NCBI GenBank assembly: GCA_030390025.1 | Contig: CM059431.1 | Coordinates: 137,518,001-137,582,000 of the forward strand | Origin: Squalus acanthias | Taxonomy: Eukaryota | DNA length: 64,000 nt | Direction: 5' to 3' | Part shown: positions 43,907-56,608 of the stretch, piece after piece | Position numbering within the stretch: position 1 is the stretch's first letter | How the letters are laid out: the number at the start of each line of letters is the position of its first letter | Notes under the pieces: generated by a model | The model's input: only the letters and a program-made list of their open reading frames with translations | The model's database searches: none | Told to the model about the DNA's origin: nothing | Program-made: the position numbers and the translations under genes

Positions 43907-46900
43907 GGGGTTAAGTCTACGAGAGGGCGGTTCAGTCTGAGAGAGGGGGCGGTTCAGTCTGAGAGAGGGGCGGTTCAGTCTGAGAGAGGGCGCGGTTCAG
44001 TCTGAGAGAGGGGGCGGTTCAGTCTGAGAGAGGGGTTGGTTCAGTCTGAGAGAGGGGACGGTTCAGTCTGAGAGAGGGGGCGGTTCAGTCTGAGAGAGGG
44101 GGCGGTTCAGTCTGAGAGGGGCGTTCAGTCTATGAGAGGGCGGTTCAGTCTCAGAGAGGGGGCGGTTCAGTCTGAGAGAGGGGCGGTTCAGTCTGAGAGA
44201 GGGCGCGGTTCAGTCTGAGAGAGGGGGCGGTTCAGTCTGAGAGAGGGGTCGGTTCAGTGTGAGAGAGGGGACGGTTCAGTCTGAGAGAGGGGGCGGTTCA
44301 GACTGAGAGAGGGGGCGGTTCAGTCTGAGAGAGGGGGCGGTTCAGTCTGAGAGAGGGGGCGGTTAAGTCTGAGAGAGGGGGCGGTTCAGTCTGAGAGAGG
44401 GGGCGGTTCAATCTGAGAGAGGGGGCGGTTCAGTCAGAGAGAGGGGGCGGTTCAGTCTGAGAGAGGGGGGGGTTCAGTCAGAGAGAGGGGGCGGTTCAGT
44501 CAGAGAGAGGGGACGGTTCAGTCTGAGAGTGGGGGCGGTTCAGTCTGAGAAAGGCAGCGGTTCAGTTTGAGAGCGGGGACGGTTCAGTCTGAGAGAGGGG
44601 GCGGTTCAGACTGAGAGAGGGGGCGGTTCAGTCTGAGAGAGGGGGCGGTTCAGTCAGAGAGAGGGGGCGGTTCAGTCTGAGAGAGGGGGGGGTTCAGTCA
44701 GAGAGAGGGGGCGGTTCAGTCAGAGAGAGGCTACGGTTCAGTCTGAGAGTGGGGGCGGTTCAGTCTGAGAGAGGGGGCGGTTCAGTTTGAGAGAGGGGTC
44801 GGTTCAGTCTGAGAGAGGGGACGGTTCAGTCTGAGAGAGGGGGCGTTTCAGTCTGAGAGAGGGGACGGTTCAGTCTGAGAGAGGGGGCGGTTCAGTCCGA
44901 GACAGAGGGTGGTTCAGTCTGAGAGAGGGGGGGGTTCAGTCTGAGAGAGGGGGGGTTCAGTATGAGAGAGGGGACGGTTCAGTCTGAGAGAGGGGACGGT
45001 TCAGTCTGAGAGAGGGGGGGGTTCAGTCTGAGAGAGGGGACGGTTCAGTCAGAGAGGGGGGGTTCAGTCCACGAGAGGGCGGTTCAGTCTGAGAGAGGGG
45101 GCGGTTCAGTCTGAGAGAGGGGCGGTTCAGTCTGAGAGAGGGCGCGGTTCAGTCTGAGAGAGGGGGCGGTTCAGTCTGAGAGAGGGGTCGGTTCAGTCTG
45201 AGAGAGGGGACGGTTCAGTCTCAGAGAGGGGGCGGTTCAGTCTGAGAGAGGGGGCGGTTCAGTCTGAGAGGGGCGTTCAGTCTATGAGAGGGCGGTTCAG
45301 TCTCAGAGAGGGGGCGGTTCAGTCTGAGAGAGGGGGCGATTCAGTCTGAGAGAGGGGCGGTTCAGTCTGAGAGAGGGCGCGGTTCAGTCTGAGAGGGGGC
45401 GGTTCAGTCTGAGAGAGGGGTCGGTTCAGTCTGAGAGAGGGGACGGTTCAGTCTGAGATAGGGGGCGGTTCAGTCTGAGAGAGGGGGCGGTTCAGTCTGT
45501 GAGAGGGGGCGGTTCAGTCTGAGAGAGGGGGCGGTTCAGTCTGAGAGAGGGGGCGGTTCAGTCAGAGAGAGGGGGCGGTTCAGTCTGAGAGAGGGGGGGG
45601 TTCAGTCAGAGAGAGGGGGCGGTTCAGTCAGAGAGAGGGGACGGTTCAGTCTGAGAGAGGGGGCGGTTAAGTCTGAGAAAGGCGGCGGTTCAGTTTGAGA
45701 GCGGGGACGGTTCAGTCTGAGAGAGGGGGCGGTTCAGACTGAGAGAGGGGGCGGTTCAGTCTGAGAGAGGGGGCGGTTCACTCTGAGAGAGGGGGCGGTT
45801 CAGTCTGAGAGAGGGGGGGTTCAGTTTGAGAGAGGGGATGGTTCAGTCTGAGAGAGGGGGGGGGGGTTCAGTCTGAGAGAGGGGGTGGTTCAGTCCGAGA
45901 AAGAGGGTGGTTCAGTCTGAGAGAGGGGACGGTTCAGTCTGAGAGAGGGGGCGGTTCAGTCCGAGACAGAGGGTGGTTCAGTCTGAGAGAGGGTGGGTTC
46001 AGTCTGAGAGAGGGGGGGGTTCAGTCTGAGAGAGGGGACGGTTCAGTCTGAGAGAGGGGGCGGTTCAGTCTGAGAGAGGGGACGGTTCAGTCTGAGAGAG
46101 GGGGCGGTTCAGTCCGAGACAGAGGGTGGTTCAGTCTGAGAGAGGGGGGGGTTCAGTCTGAGAGAGGGGGGGTTCAGTCTGAGAGAGGGGACGGTTCAGT
46201 CCGAGACAGAGGGTGGTTCAATCTTAGAGAGGGGACGGTTCAGTCTGAGAGAGGGGGCGGTTCAGTCTGAGAGAGGGGGGGGTTCAGTCTGAGAGAGGGG
46301 GGGTTCAGTCTGAGAGAGGGGGGGGTTCAGTCTGAGAGAGGGGGGGGTTCAGTCTGAGAGAGGGGACGGTTCAGTCTGAGAGAGGGGACTGTTCAGTCTG
46401 AGAGAGGGGGGGGTTCAGTCTGAGAGAGGGGACGGTTCAGTCTGAGAGAGGGGACTGTTCAGTCTGAGAGAGGGGGGGGTTCTGTCTGAGAGAGGGGACG
46501 GTTCATTCAGAGAGGGGGGGTTCAGTCTACGAGAGGGCGGTTCAGTCTGAGAGAGGGGGCGGTTCAGTCTGAGAGAGGGGCGGTTCAGTCTGAGAGAGGG
46601 CGCGGTTCAGTCTGAGAGAGGGGGCGGTACAGTCTGAGAGAGGGGTCGGTTCAGTCTGAGAGAGGGGACGGTTCAGTCTGAGAGAGGGGGCGGTTCAGTC
46701 TGAGAGAGGGGGCGGTTCAGTCTGAGAGGCGGGGGTTCAGTCTGAGAGAGGGGTCGGTTCAGTCTGAGAAAGGGGGCGGTTCAGTCTGAGAGAGGGGATG
46801 GTTCAGCCTGAGAGAGGGGGTGTTCAGTCTGTGAGAGGGGGGTTCAGTCTGAGAGAGGAAACGGTTCAGTCTGAGAGAGGGGACGGTTCAGTCTGAGAGA

Positions 46901-48637
46901 GAGGACGGTTCAGACTGAGAGAGGGGGGGTTCAGTCTGAGAGAGGGGTGGTTCAGTCTGAGAGGGGGGGTTCAGACTGAGAGGGGGGGTTCCATCTGAGA
47001 GAGGGGACGGTTCAGTCTCAGGGGGCGGTTCAGCCTGAGAGAGGGTCGGTTCAGTCTGAGAGAGGGGGGGTTCAGTCTGAGAGAGGTGGGGTTCAGTCAG
47101 AGAGAGGGGGGGGTTCAGTCTGAGAGAGGGGGGGTTCAGTATGAGAGAGGGGACGGTTCAGTCTGAGAGAGGGGACGGTTCAGTCTGAGAGAGGGGGGGG
47201 TTCAGTCTGAGAGAGGGGACGGTTCAGTCAGAGAGGGGGGGTTCAGTCCACGAGAGGGCGGTTCAGTCTGAGAGAGGGGGCGGTTCAGTCTGAGAGAGGG
47301 GCGGTTCAGTCTGAGAGAGGGCGCGGTTCAGTCTGAGAGAGGGGGCGGTTCAGTCTGAGAGAGGGGTCGGTTCAGTCTGAGAGAGGGGACGGTTCAGTCT
47401 GAGAGAGGGGGCGGTTCAGTCTGAGAGAGGGGGCGGTTCAGTCTGAGAGGGGCGTTCAGTCTATGAGAGGGCGGTTCAGTCTCAGAGAGGGGGCGGTTCA
47501 GTCTGAGAGAGGGGGCGATTCAGTCTGAGAGAGGGGCGGTTCAGTCTGAGAGAGGGCGCGGTTCAGTCTGAGAGAGGGGGCGGTTCAGTCTGAGAGAGGG
47601 GTCGGTTCAGTCTGAGAGAGGGGACGGTTCAGTCTGAGATAGGGGGCGGTTCAGTCTGAGAGAGGGGGCGGTTCAGTCTGAGAGAGGGGGCGGTTCAGTC
47701 TGAGAGAGGGGGCGGTTCAGTCTGAGAGAGGGGGCGGTTCAGTCAGAGAGAGGGGGCGGTTCAGTCTGAGAGAGGGGGCGGTTCAGTCAGAGAGAGGGGA
47801 CGGTTCAGTCTGAGAGAGGGGGCGGTTAAGTCTGAGAAAGGCGGCGGTTCAGTTTGAGAGCGGGGACGGTTCAGTCTGAGAGAGGGGGCGGTTCAGACTG
47901 AGAGAGGGGGCGGTTCAGTCTGAGAGAGGGGGCGGTTCACTCTGAGAGAGGGGGCGGTTCAGTCTGAGAGAGGGGGGGTTCAGTTTGAGAGAGGGGATGG
48001 TTCAGTCTGAGAGAGGGGGGGGGGGGTTCAGTCTGAGAGAGGGGGTGGTTCAGTCCGAGAAAGAGGGTGGTTCAGTTCTGAGAGAGGGGACGGTTCAGTC
48101 TGAGAGAGGGAGCGGTTCAGTCCGAGACAGAGGGTGGTTCAGTCTGAGAGAGGGGGGGTTCAGTCTGAGAGAGGGGGTGGTTCAGTCTGAGAGAGGGGAC
48201 GGTTCAGTCTGAGAGAGGGGGCGGTTCAGTCTGAGAGAGGGGACGGTTCAGTCTGAGAGAGGGGGCGGTTCAGTCCGAGACAGAGGGTGGTTCAGTCTGA
48301 GAGAGGGGGGGGTTCAGTCTGAGAGAGGGGGGGTTCAGTCTGAGAGAGGGGACGGTTCAGTCCGAGACAGAGGGTGGTTCAATCTTAGAGAGGGGACGGT
48401 TCAGTCTGAGAGAGGGGGCGGTTCAGTCTGAGAGAGGGGACGGTTCAGTCTGTGAGAGGGGGCGGTTCAGTCCGAGACAGAGGGGGGTTCAGTCTGAGAG
48501 AGGGGGGGGTTCAGTCTGAGAGAGGGGGGGTTCAGTCTGAGAGAGGGGACGGTTCAGTCTGAGAGAGGGGACTGTTCAGTCTGAGAGAGGGGGGGGTTCA
48601 GCCTGAGAGAGGGGACGGTTCAGTCAGAGAGGGGGGG
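43907..48637 (+). repeat. 22-bp minisatellite block (unit 1 of higher-order repeat)
   Basis: Same satellite. Variant pattern is duplicated in 50259-54986. Confidence 0.98.
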
Positions 48638-50258
48638 TGTAAGGGACACTCTCCTGACCCTCGTGTCTCGTAACCTGTGAGGTTCACGCGGCTCTGTGCA
48701 GCCTGTATGTCAGTGCGGGTCTAGGCCTGGTCTCCAGCCAGTCTGGGAACACTAGACACCCCTGTGAGTGGTTCGAATCACTCTCCCTTACGGTTCTAGA
48801 CACTGGACTTAGATGCGAGAGCAGTAATGGAGATAAAACTCATGTAGACTTGGTTTGAACGGTACGAAATGGAAAATCTTTATTGCATGATACTGAAAAT
48901 TATGAAATACATGTCATATGCACAGATTAATGACAGTACAATCTTACAAACAGTTATAATCACTCTTAGGGAAACGAGGAACGACCAGCACAACGTAAAT
49001 AGGGCACACATTACAAATATCCTTAATCTTTAAAACCCTCCCCTATTAATGTCTATCCTAAAACTAGCTTCGTAGGATCCCGAGACTCATGCTCACCACT
49101 CGTAATAACTCGGAGAAATCCCGAATAGCTGATCGGATGTTTTTCACCGCAGCACCCACGTGTTGGTCAGGAGATCTCCTGGTCCCACTTGTTTACTGCT
49201 TCTGCTGCTCGGTCAGTCGGCTGGACCGTCCGCTGTAGTGAAGACCTCTGTTGGTTGGATACAGGGTATGGTGGAGCACCGTTGTCAATATCGCTGATAC
49301 GATGTGTTTGCACAGTCCAGTTATCGTCGATGCAATATGTCTTGTTAAAGAAGAAAACTTCCTGTCGAGAAGACTTGGCTGATCGACCTACAGGCGCGGT
49401 CGGGATTTACTGACCGTGGCGATGGATAAGGTCTTCTTCTCTTCTCCTCTCATCTCATCTCATCTCATTCATCTCATCCCGGGCCTTCGGTTCCGCTGCC
49501 AGCTACCAACATAGGTCTTTGCAACAGTCTTTTACCCAGGAGCAGCCACGAGGTTACGAATCGACCGGATAAAACACAGGAGCAGCCACGATGATAACAG
49601 CAGCAAGCGGCAAGAGTCAAGAGCAAAAGAGCAAGAGAGCGAATGGACGGTTTGGGCCTGCAATTATAGTGCACAGTTCTTCCGTTTCCCGCCCAACTAC
49701 AATGTCCATTCTTTTGTTTAAGGTTTGGCGCCCAAAAATGTCCTGTATGGGTGATCTCTGTCCTTAATGGGTTTCGGGGCTACTCCTGAATGTTTGAGTA
49801 TCTGTCAATATTTCTCCCATTGTTAAATCGGTCGGTGTTCCCCCTGGAGGGGTTTGGGGCTTCCAAGTGTCCTGTATAACTACCTGCTAACGGCTCTCTC
49901 ATCGTAGAGCCGTTGGGAGTTTACATACTAATGTCTTTTGGATGGGCCCTTGATGGCTTTCCTTTGTACCTGGGAGACCGATTCCAGTATCGATGTTTAT
50001 ACTGTAAACCCATAATGTCCTGTGTATTGTCTTCACTGTGCTGAATCGTTATCGATCTTGCAAGAATGTTTATTGGAACGCCATCTTGTCTGCCTGCTGA
50101 AAAGTCTAGAATGTTCTGTCACGAGGTGCGGCGGCCATTTTACAGGCTGCTTGTGTCCAATTTAAACCTGACAGCATTCTGCTGAAATAAAAGCTGTTTG
50201 AACGAAACTTTGTGTTTTCTCCTTATTAAATCAAATCGCGATAATTGCGAATTCTACA
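48638..50258 (-). mobile_element. Solo LTR copy 2 (1621 bp)
   Basis: Nearly identical to 42284-43906, with satellite on both sides. Confidence 0.97.
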
Positions 50259-53200
50259 GGGGTTAAGTCTACGAGAGGGCGGTTCAGTCTGAGAGAGGGG
50301 GCGGTTCAGTCTGAGAGAGGGGCGGTTCAGTCTGAGAGAGGGCGCGGTTCAGTCTGAGAGAGGGGGCGGTTCAGTCTGAGAGAGGGGTTGGTTCAGTCTG
50401 AGAGAGGGGACGGTTCAGTCTGAGAGAGGGGGCGGTTCAGTCTGAGAGAGGGGGCGGTTCAGTCTGAGAGGGGCGTTCAGTCTATGAGAGGGCGGTTCAG
50501 TCTCAGAGAGGGGGCGGTTCAGTCTGAGAGAGGGGCGGTTCAGTCTGAGAGAGGGCGCGGTTCAGTCTGAGAGAGGGGGCGGTTCAGTCTGAGAGAGGGG
50601 TCGGTTCAGTGTGAGAGAGGGGACGGTTCAGTCTGAGAGAGGGGGCGGTTCAGACTGAGAGAGGGGGCGGTTCAGTCTGAGAGAGGGGGCGGTTCAGTCT
50701 GAGAGAGGGGGCGGTTAAGTCTGAGAGAGGGGGCGGTTCAGTCTGAGAGAGGGGGCGGTTCAATCTGAGAGAGGGGGCGGTTCAGTCAGAGAGAGGGGGC
50801 GGTTCAGTCTGAGAGAGGGGGGGTTCAGTCAGAGAGAGGGGGCGGTTCAGTCAGAGAGAGGGGACGGTTCAGTCTGAGAGTGGGGGCGGTTCAGTCTGAG
50901 AAAGGCAGCGGTTCAGTTTGAGAGCGGGGACGGTTCAGTCTGAGAGAGGGGGCGGTTCAGACTGAGAGAGGGGGCGGTTCAGTCTGAGAGAGGGGGCGGT
51001 TCAGTCAGAGAGAGGGGGCGGTTCAGTCTGAGAGAGGGGGGGGTTCAGTCAGAGAGAGGGGGCGGTTCAGTCAGAGAGAGGCTACGGTTCAGTCTGAGAG
51101 TGGGGGCGGTTCAGTCTGAGAGAGGGGGCGGTTCAGTTTGAGAGAGGGGTCGGTTCAGTCTGAGAGAGGGGACGGTTCAGTCTGAGAGAGGGGGCGTTTC
51201 AGTCTGAGAGAGGGGACGGTTCAGTCTGAGAGAGGGGGCGGTTCAGTCCGAGACAGAGGGTGGTTCAGTCTGAGAGAGGGGGGGGTTCAGTCTGAGAGAG
51301 GGGGGGTTCAGTATGAGAGAGGGGACGGTTCAGTCTGAGAGAGGGGACGGTTCAGTCTGAGAGAGGGGGGGGTTCAGTCTGAGAGAGGGGACGGTTCAGT
51401 CAGAGAGGGGGGGTTCAGTCCACGAGAGGGCGGTTCAGTCTGAGAGAGGGGGCGGTTCAGTCTGAGAGAGGGGCGGTTCAGTCTGAGAGAGGGCGCGGTT
51501 CAGTCTGAGAGAGGGGGCGGTTCAGTCTGAGAGAGGGGTCGGTTCAGTCTGAGAGAGGGGACGGTTCAGTCTGAGAGAGGGGGCGGTTCAGTCTGAGAGA
51601 GGGGGCGGTTCAGTCTGAGAGGGGCGTTCAGTCTCTGAGAGGGCGGTTCAGTCTCAGAGAGGGGGCGGTTCAGTCTGAGAGAGGGGGCGATTCAGTCTGA
51701 GAGAGGGGCGGTTCAGTCTGAGAGAGGGCGCGGTTCAGTCTGAGAGGGGGCGGTTCAGTCTGAGAGAGGGGTCGGTTCAGTCTGAGAGAGGGGACGGTTC
51801 AGTCTGAGATAGGGGGCGGTTCAGTCTGAGAGAGGGGGCGGTTCAGTCTGTGAGAGGGGGCGGTTCAGTCTGAGAGAGGGGGCGGTTCAGTCTGAGAGAG
51901 GGGGCGGTTCAGTCAGAGAGAGGGGGCGGTTCAGTCTGAGAGAGGGGGGGGTTCAGTCAGAGAGAGGGGGCGGTTCAGTCAGAGAGAGGGGACGGTTCAG
52001 TCTGAGAGAGGGGGCGGTTAAGTCTGAGAAAGGCGGCGGTTCAGTTTGAGAGCGGGGACGGTTCAGTCTGAGAGAGGGGGCGGTTCAGACTGAGAGAGGG
52101 GGCGGTTCAGTCTGAGAGAGGGGGCGGTTCACTCTGAGAGAGGGGGCGGTTCAGTCTGAGAGAGGGGGGGTTCAGTTTGAGAGAGGGGATGGTTCAGTCT
52201 GAGAGAGGGGGGGGGGGTTCAGTCTGAGAGAGGGGGTGGTTCAGTCCGAGAAAGAGGGTGGTTCAGTCTGAGAGAGGGGACGGTTCAGTCTGAGAGAGGG
52301 GGCGGTTCAGTCCGAGACAGAGGGTGGTTCAGTCTGAGAGAGGGTGGGTTCAGTCTGAGAGAGGGGGGGGTTCAGTCTGAGAGAGGGGACGGTTCAGTCT
52401 GAGAGAGGGGGCGGTTCAGTCTGAGAGAGGGGACGGTTCAGTCTGAGAGAGGGGGCGGTTCAGTCCGAGACAGAGGGTGGTTCAGTCTGAGAGAGGGGGG
52501 GGTTCAGTCTGAGAGAGGGGGGGTTCAGTCTGAGAGAGGGGACGGTTCAGTCCGAGACAGAGGGTGGTTCAATCTTAGAGAGGGGACGGTTCAGTCTGAG
52601 AGAGGGGGCGGTTCAGTCTGAGAGAGGGGGGGGTTCAGTCTGAGAGAGGGGGGGTTCAGTCTGAGAGAGGGGGGGGTTCAGTCTGAGAGAGGGGGGGGTT
52701 CAGTCTGAGAGAGGGGACGGTTCAGTCTGAGAGAGGGGACTGTTCAGTCTGAGAGAGGGGGGGGTTCAGTCTGAGAGAGGGGACGGTTCAGTCTGAGAGA
52801 GGGGACTGTTCAGTCTGAGAGAGGGGGGGGTTCAGTCTGAGAGAGGGGACGGTTCAGTCAGAGAGGGGGGGTTCAGTCTACGAGAGGGCGGTTCAGTCTG
52901 AGAGAGGGGGCGGTTCAGTCTGAGAGAGGGGCGGTTCAGTCTGAGAGAGGGCGCGGTTCAGTCTGAGAGAGGGGGCGGTACAGTCTGAGAGAGGGGTCGG
53001 TTCAGTCTGAGAGAGGGGACGGTTCAGTCTGAGAGAGGGGGCGGTTCAGTCTGAGAGAGGGAGCGGTTCAGTCTGAGAGGCGGGGGTTCAGTCTGAGAGA
53101 GGGGTCGGTTCAGTCTGAGAAAGGGGGCGGTTCAGTCTGAGAGAGGGGATGGTTCAGTCTGAGAGAGGGGGTGTTCAGTCTGTGAGAGGGGGGTTCAGTC

Positions 53201-54986
53201 TGAGAGAGGAAACGGTTCAGTCTGAGAGAGGGGACGGTTCAGTCTGAGAGAGAGGACGGTTCAGACTGAGAGAGGGGGGGTTCAGTCTGAGAGAGGGGTG
53301 GTTCAGTCTGAGAGGGGGGGTTCAGACTGAGAGGGGGGGTTCCATCTGAGAGAGGGGACGGTTCAGTCTCAGGGGGCGGTTCAGCCTGAGAGAGGGTCGG
53401 TTCAGTCTGAGAGAGGGGGGGTTCAGTCTGAGAGAGGTGGGGTTCAGTCAGAGAGAGGGGGGGGTTCAGTCTGAGAGAGGGGGGGTTCAGTATGAGAGAG
53501 GGGACGGTTCAGTCTGAGAGAGGGGACGGTTCAGTCTGAGAGAGGGGGGGGTTCAGTCTGAGAGAGGGGACGGTTCAGTCAGAGAGGGGGGGTTCAGTCC
53601 ACGAGAGGGCGGTTCAGTCTGAGAGAGGGGGCGGTTCAGTCTGAGAGAGGGGCGGTTCAGTCTGAGAGAGGGCGCGGTTCAGTCTGAGAGAGGGGGCGGT
53701 TCAGTCTGAGAGAGGGGTCGGTTCAGTCTGAGAGAGGGGACGGTTCAGTCTGAGAGAGGGGGCGGTTCAGTCTGAGAGAGGGGGCGGTTCAGTCTGAGAG
53801 GGGCGTTCAGTCTATGAGAGGGCGGTTCAGTCTCAGAGAGGGGGCGGTTCAGTCTGAGAGAGGGGGCGATTCAGTCTGAGAGAGGGGCGGTTCAGTCTGA
53901 GAGAGGGCGCGGTTCAGTCTGAGAGAGGGGGCGGTTCAGTCTGAGAGAGGGGTCGGTTCAGTCTGAGAGAGGGGACGGTTCAGTCTGAGATAGGGGGCGG
54001 TTCAGTCTGAGAGAGGGGGCGGTTCAGTCTGAGAGAGGGGGCGGTTCAGTCTGAGAGAGGGGGCGGTTCAGTCTGAGAGAGGGGGCGGTTCAGTCAGAGA
54101 GAGGGGGCGGTTCAGTCTGAGAGAGGGGGCGGTTCAGTCAGAGAGAGGGGACGGTTCAGTCTGAGAGAGGGGGCGGTTAAGTCTGAGAAAGGCGGCGGTT
54201 CAGTTTGAGAGCGGGGACGGTTCAGTCTGAGAGAGGGGGCGGTTCAGACTGAGAGAGGGGGCGGTTCAGTCTGAGAGAGGGGGCGGTTCACTCTGAGAGA
54301 GGGGGCGGTTCAGTCTGAGAGAGGGGGGGTTCAGTTTGAGAGAGGGGATGGTTCAGTCTGAGAGAGGGGGGGGGGGTTCAGTCTGAGAGAGGGGGTGGTT
54401 CAGTCCGAGAAAGAGGGTGGTTCAGTTCTGAGAGAGGGGACGGTTCAGTCTGAGAGAGGGAGCGGTTCAGTCCGAGACAGAGGGTGGTTCAGTCTGAGAG
54501 AGGGGGGGTTCAGTCTGAGAGAGGGGGGGGTTCAGTCTGAGAGAGGGGACGGTTCAGTCTGAGAGAGGGGGCGGTTCAGTCTGAGAGAGGGGACGGTTCA
54601 GTCTGAGAGAGGGGGCGGTTCAGTCCGAGACAGAGGGTGGTTCAGTCTGAGAGAGGGGGGGGTTCAGTCTGAGAGAGGGGGGGTTCAGTCTGAGAGAGGG
54701 GACGGTTCAGTCCGAGACAGAGGGTGGTTCAATCTTAGAGAGGGGACGGTTCAGTCTGAGAGAGGGGGCGGTTCAGTCTGAGAGAGGGGACGGTTCAGTC
54801 TGTGAGAGGGGGCGGTTCAGTCGAGACAGAGGGGGGTTCAGTCTGAGAGAGGGGGGGGTTCAGTCTGAGAGAGGGGGGGTTCAGTCTGAGAGAGGGGACG
54901 GTTCAGTCTGAGAGAGGGGACGGTTCAGTCTGAGAGAGGGGGGGGTTCAGTCTGAGAGAGGGGACGGTTCAGTCAGAGAGGGGGGG
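50259..54986 (+). repeat. 22-bp minisatellite block (unit 2)
   Basis: Near-identical copy of 43907-48637. Confidence 0.98.
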
Positions 54987-56608
54987 TGTAAGGGACACTC
55001 TCCTGACCCTCGTGTCTCGTAACCTGTGAGGTTCACGCGGCTCTGTGCAGCCTGTATGTCAGTGCGGGTCTAGGCCTGGTCTCCAGCCAGTCTGGGAACA
55101 CTAGACACCCCTGTGAGTGGTTCGAATCACTCTCCCTTACGGTTCTAGACACTGGACTTAGATGCGAGAGCAGTAATGGAGATAAAACTCATGTAGACTT
55201 GGTTTGAACGGTACGAAATGGAAAATCTTTATTGCATGATACTGAAAATTATGAAATACATGTCATATGCACAGATTAATGACAGTACAATCTTACAAAC
55301 AGTTATAATCACTCTTAGGGAAACGAGGAACGACCAGCACAACGTAAATAGGGCACACATTACAAATATCCTTAATCTTTAAAACCCTCCCCTATTAATG
55401 TCTATCCTAAAACTAGCTTCGTAGGATCCCGAGACTCATGCTCACCACTCGTAATAACTCGGAGAAATCCCGAATAGCTGATCGGATGTTTTTCACCGCA
55501 GCACCCACGTGTTGGTCAGGAGATCTCCTGGTCCCACTTGTTTACTGCTTCTGCTGCTCGGTCAGTCGGCTGGACCGTCCGCTGTAGTGAAGACCTCTGT
55601 TGGTTGGATACAGGGTATGGTGGAGCACCGTTGTCAATATCGCTGATACGATGTGTTTGCACAGTCCAGTTATCGTCGATGCAATATGTCTTGTTAAAGA
55701 AGAAAACTTCCTGTCGAGAAGACTTGGCTGATCGACCTACAGGCGCGGTCGGGATTTACTGACCGTGGCGATGGATAAGGTCTTCTTCTCTTCTCCTCTC
55801 ATCTCATCTCATCTCATCTCATCTCATCCCGGGCCTTCGGTTCCGCTGCCAGCTACCAACATAGGTCTTTGCAACAGTCTTTTACCCAGGAGCAGCCACG
55901 AGGTTACGAATCGACCGGATAAAACACAGGAGCAGCCACGATGATAACAGCAGCAAGCGGCAAGAGTCAAGAGCAAAAGAGCAAGAGAGCGAATGGACGG
56001 TTTGGGCCTGCAATTATAGTGCACAGTTCTTCCGTTTCCCGCCCAACTACAATGTCCATTCTTTTGTTTAAGGTTTGGCGCCCAAAAATGTCCTGTATGG
56101 GTGATCTCTGTCCTTAATGGGTTTCGGGGCTACTCCTGAATGTTTGAGTATCTGTCAATATTTCTCCCATTGTTAAATCGGTCGGTGTTCCCCCTGGAGG
56201 GGTTTGGGGCTTCCAAGTGTCCTGTATAACTACCTGCTAACGGCTCTCTCATCGTAGAGCCGTTGGGAGTTTACATACTAATGTCTTTTGGATGGGCCCT
56301 TGATGGCTTTCCTTTGTACCTGGGAGACCGATTCCAGTATCGATGTTTATACTGTAAACCCATAATGTCCTGTGTATTGTCTTCACTGTGCTGAATCGTT
56401 ATCGATCTTGCAAGAATGTTTATTGGAACGCCATCTTGTCTGCCTGCTGAAAAGTCTAGAATGTTCTGTCACGAGGTGCGGCGGCCATTTTACAGGCTGC
56501 TTGTGTCCAATTTAAACCTGACAGCATTCTGCTGAAATAAAAGCTGTTTGAACGAAACTTTGTGTTTTCTCCTTATTAAATCAAATCGCGATAATTGCGA
56601 ATTCTACA
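54987..56608 (-). mobile_element. Solo LTR copy 3 (1622 bp)
   Basis: Nearly identical to the other two LTRs, with the same flanks. Confidence 0.97.

Noticed and set aside
42284..56608. Three independent targeted integrations into the satellite
   Set aside because: Flanking rare variants and multi-kb variant order are the same for all copies, which points to duplication of one insertion.
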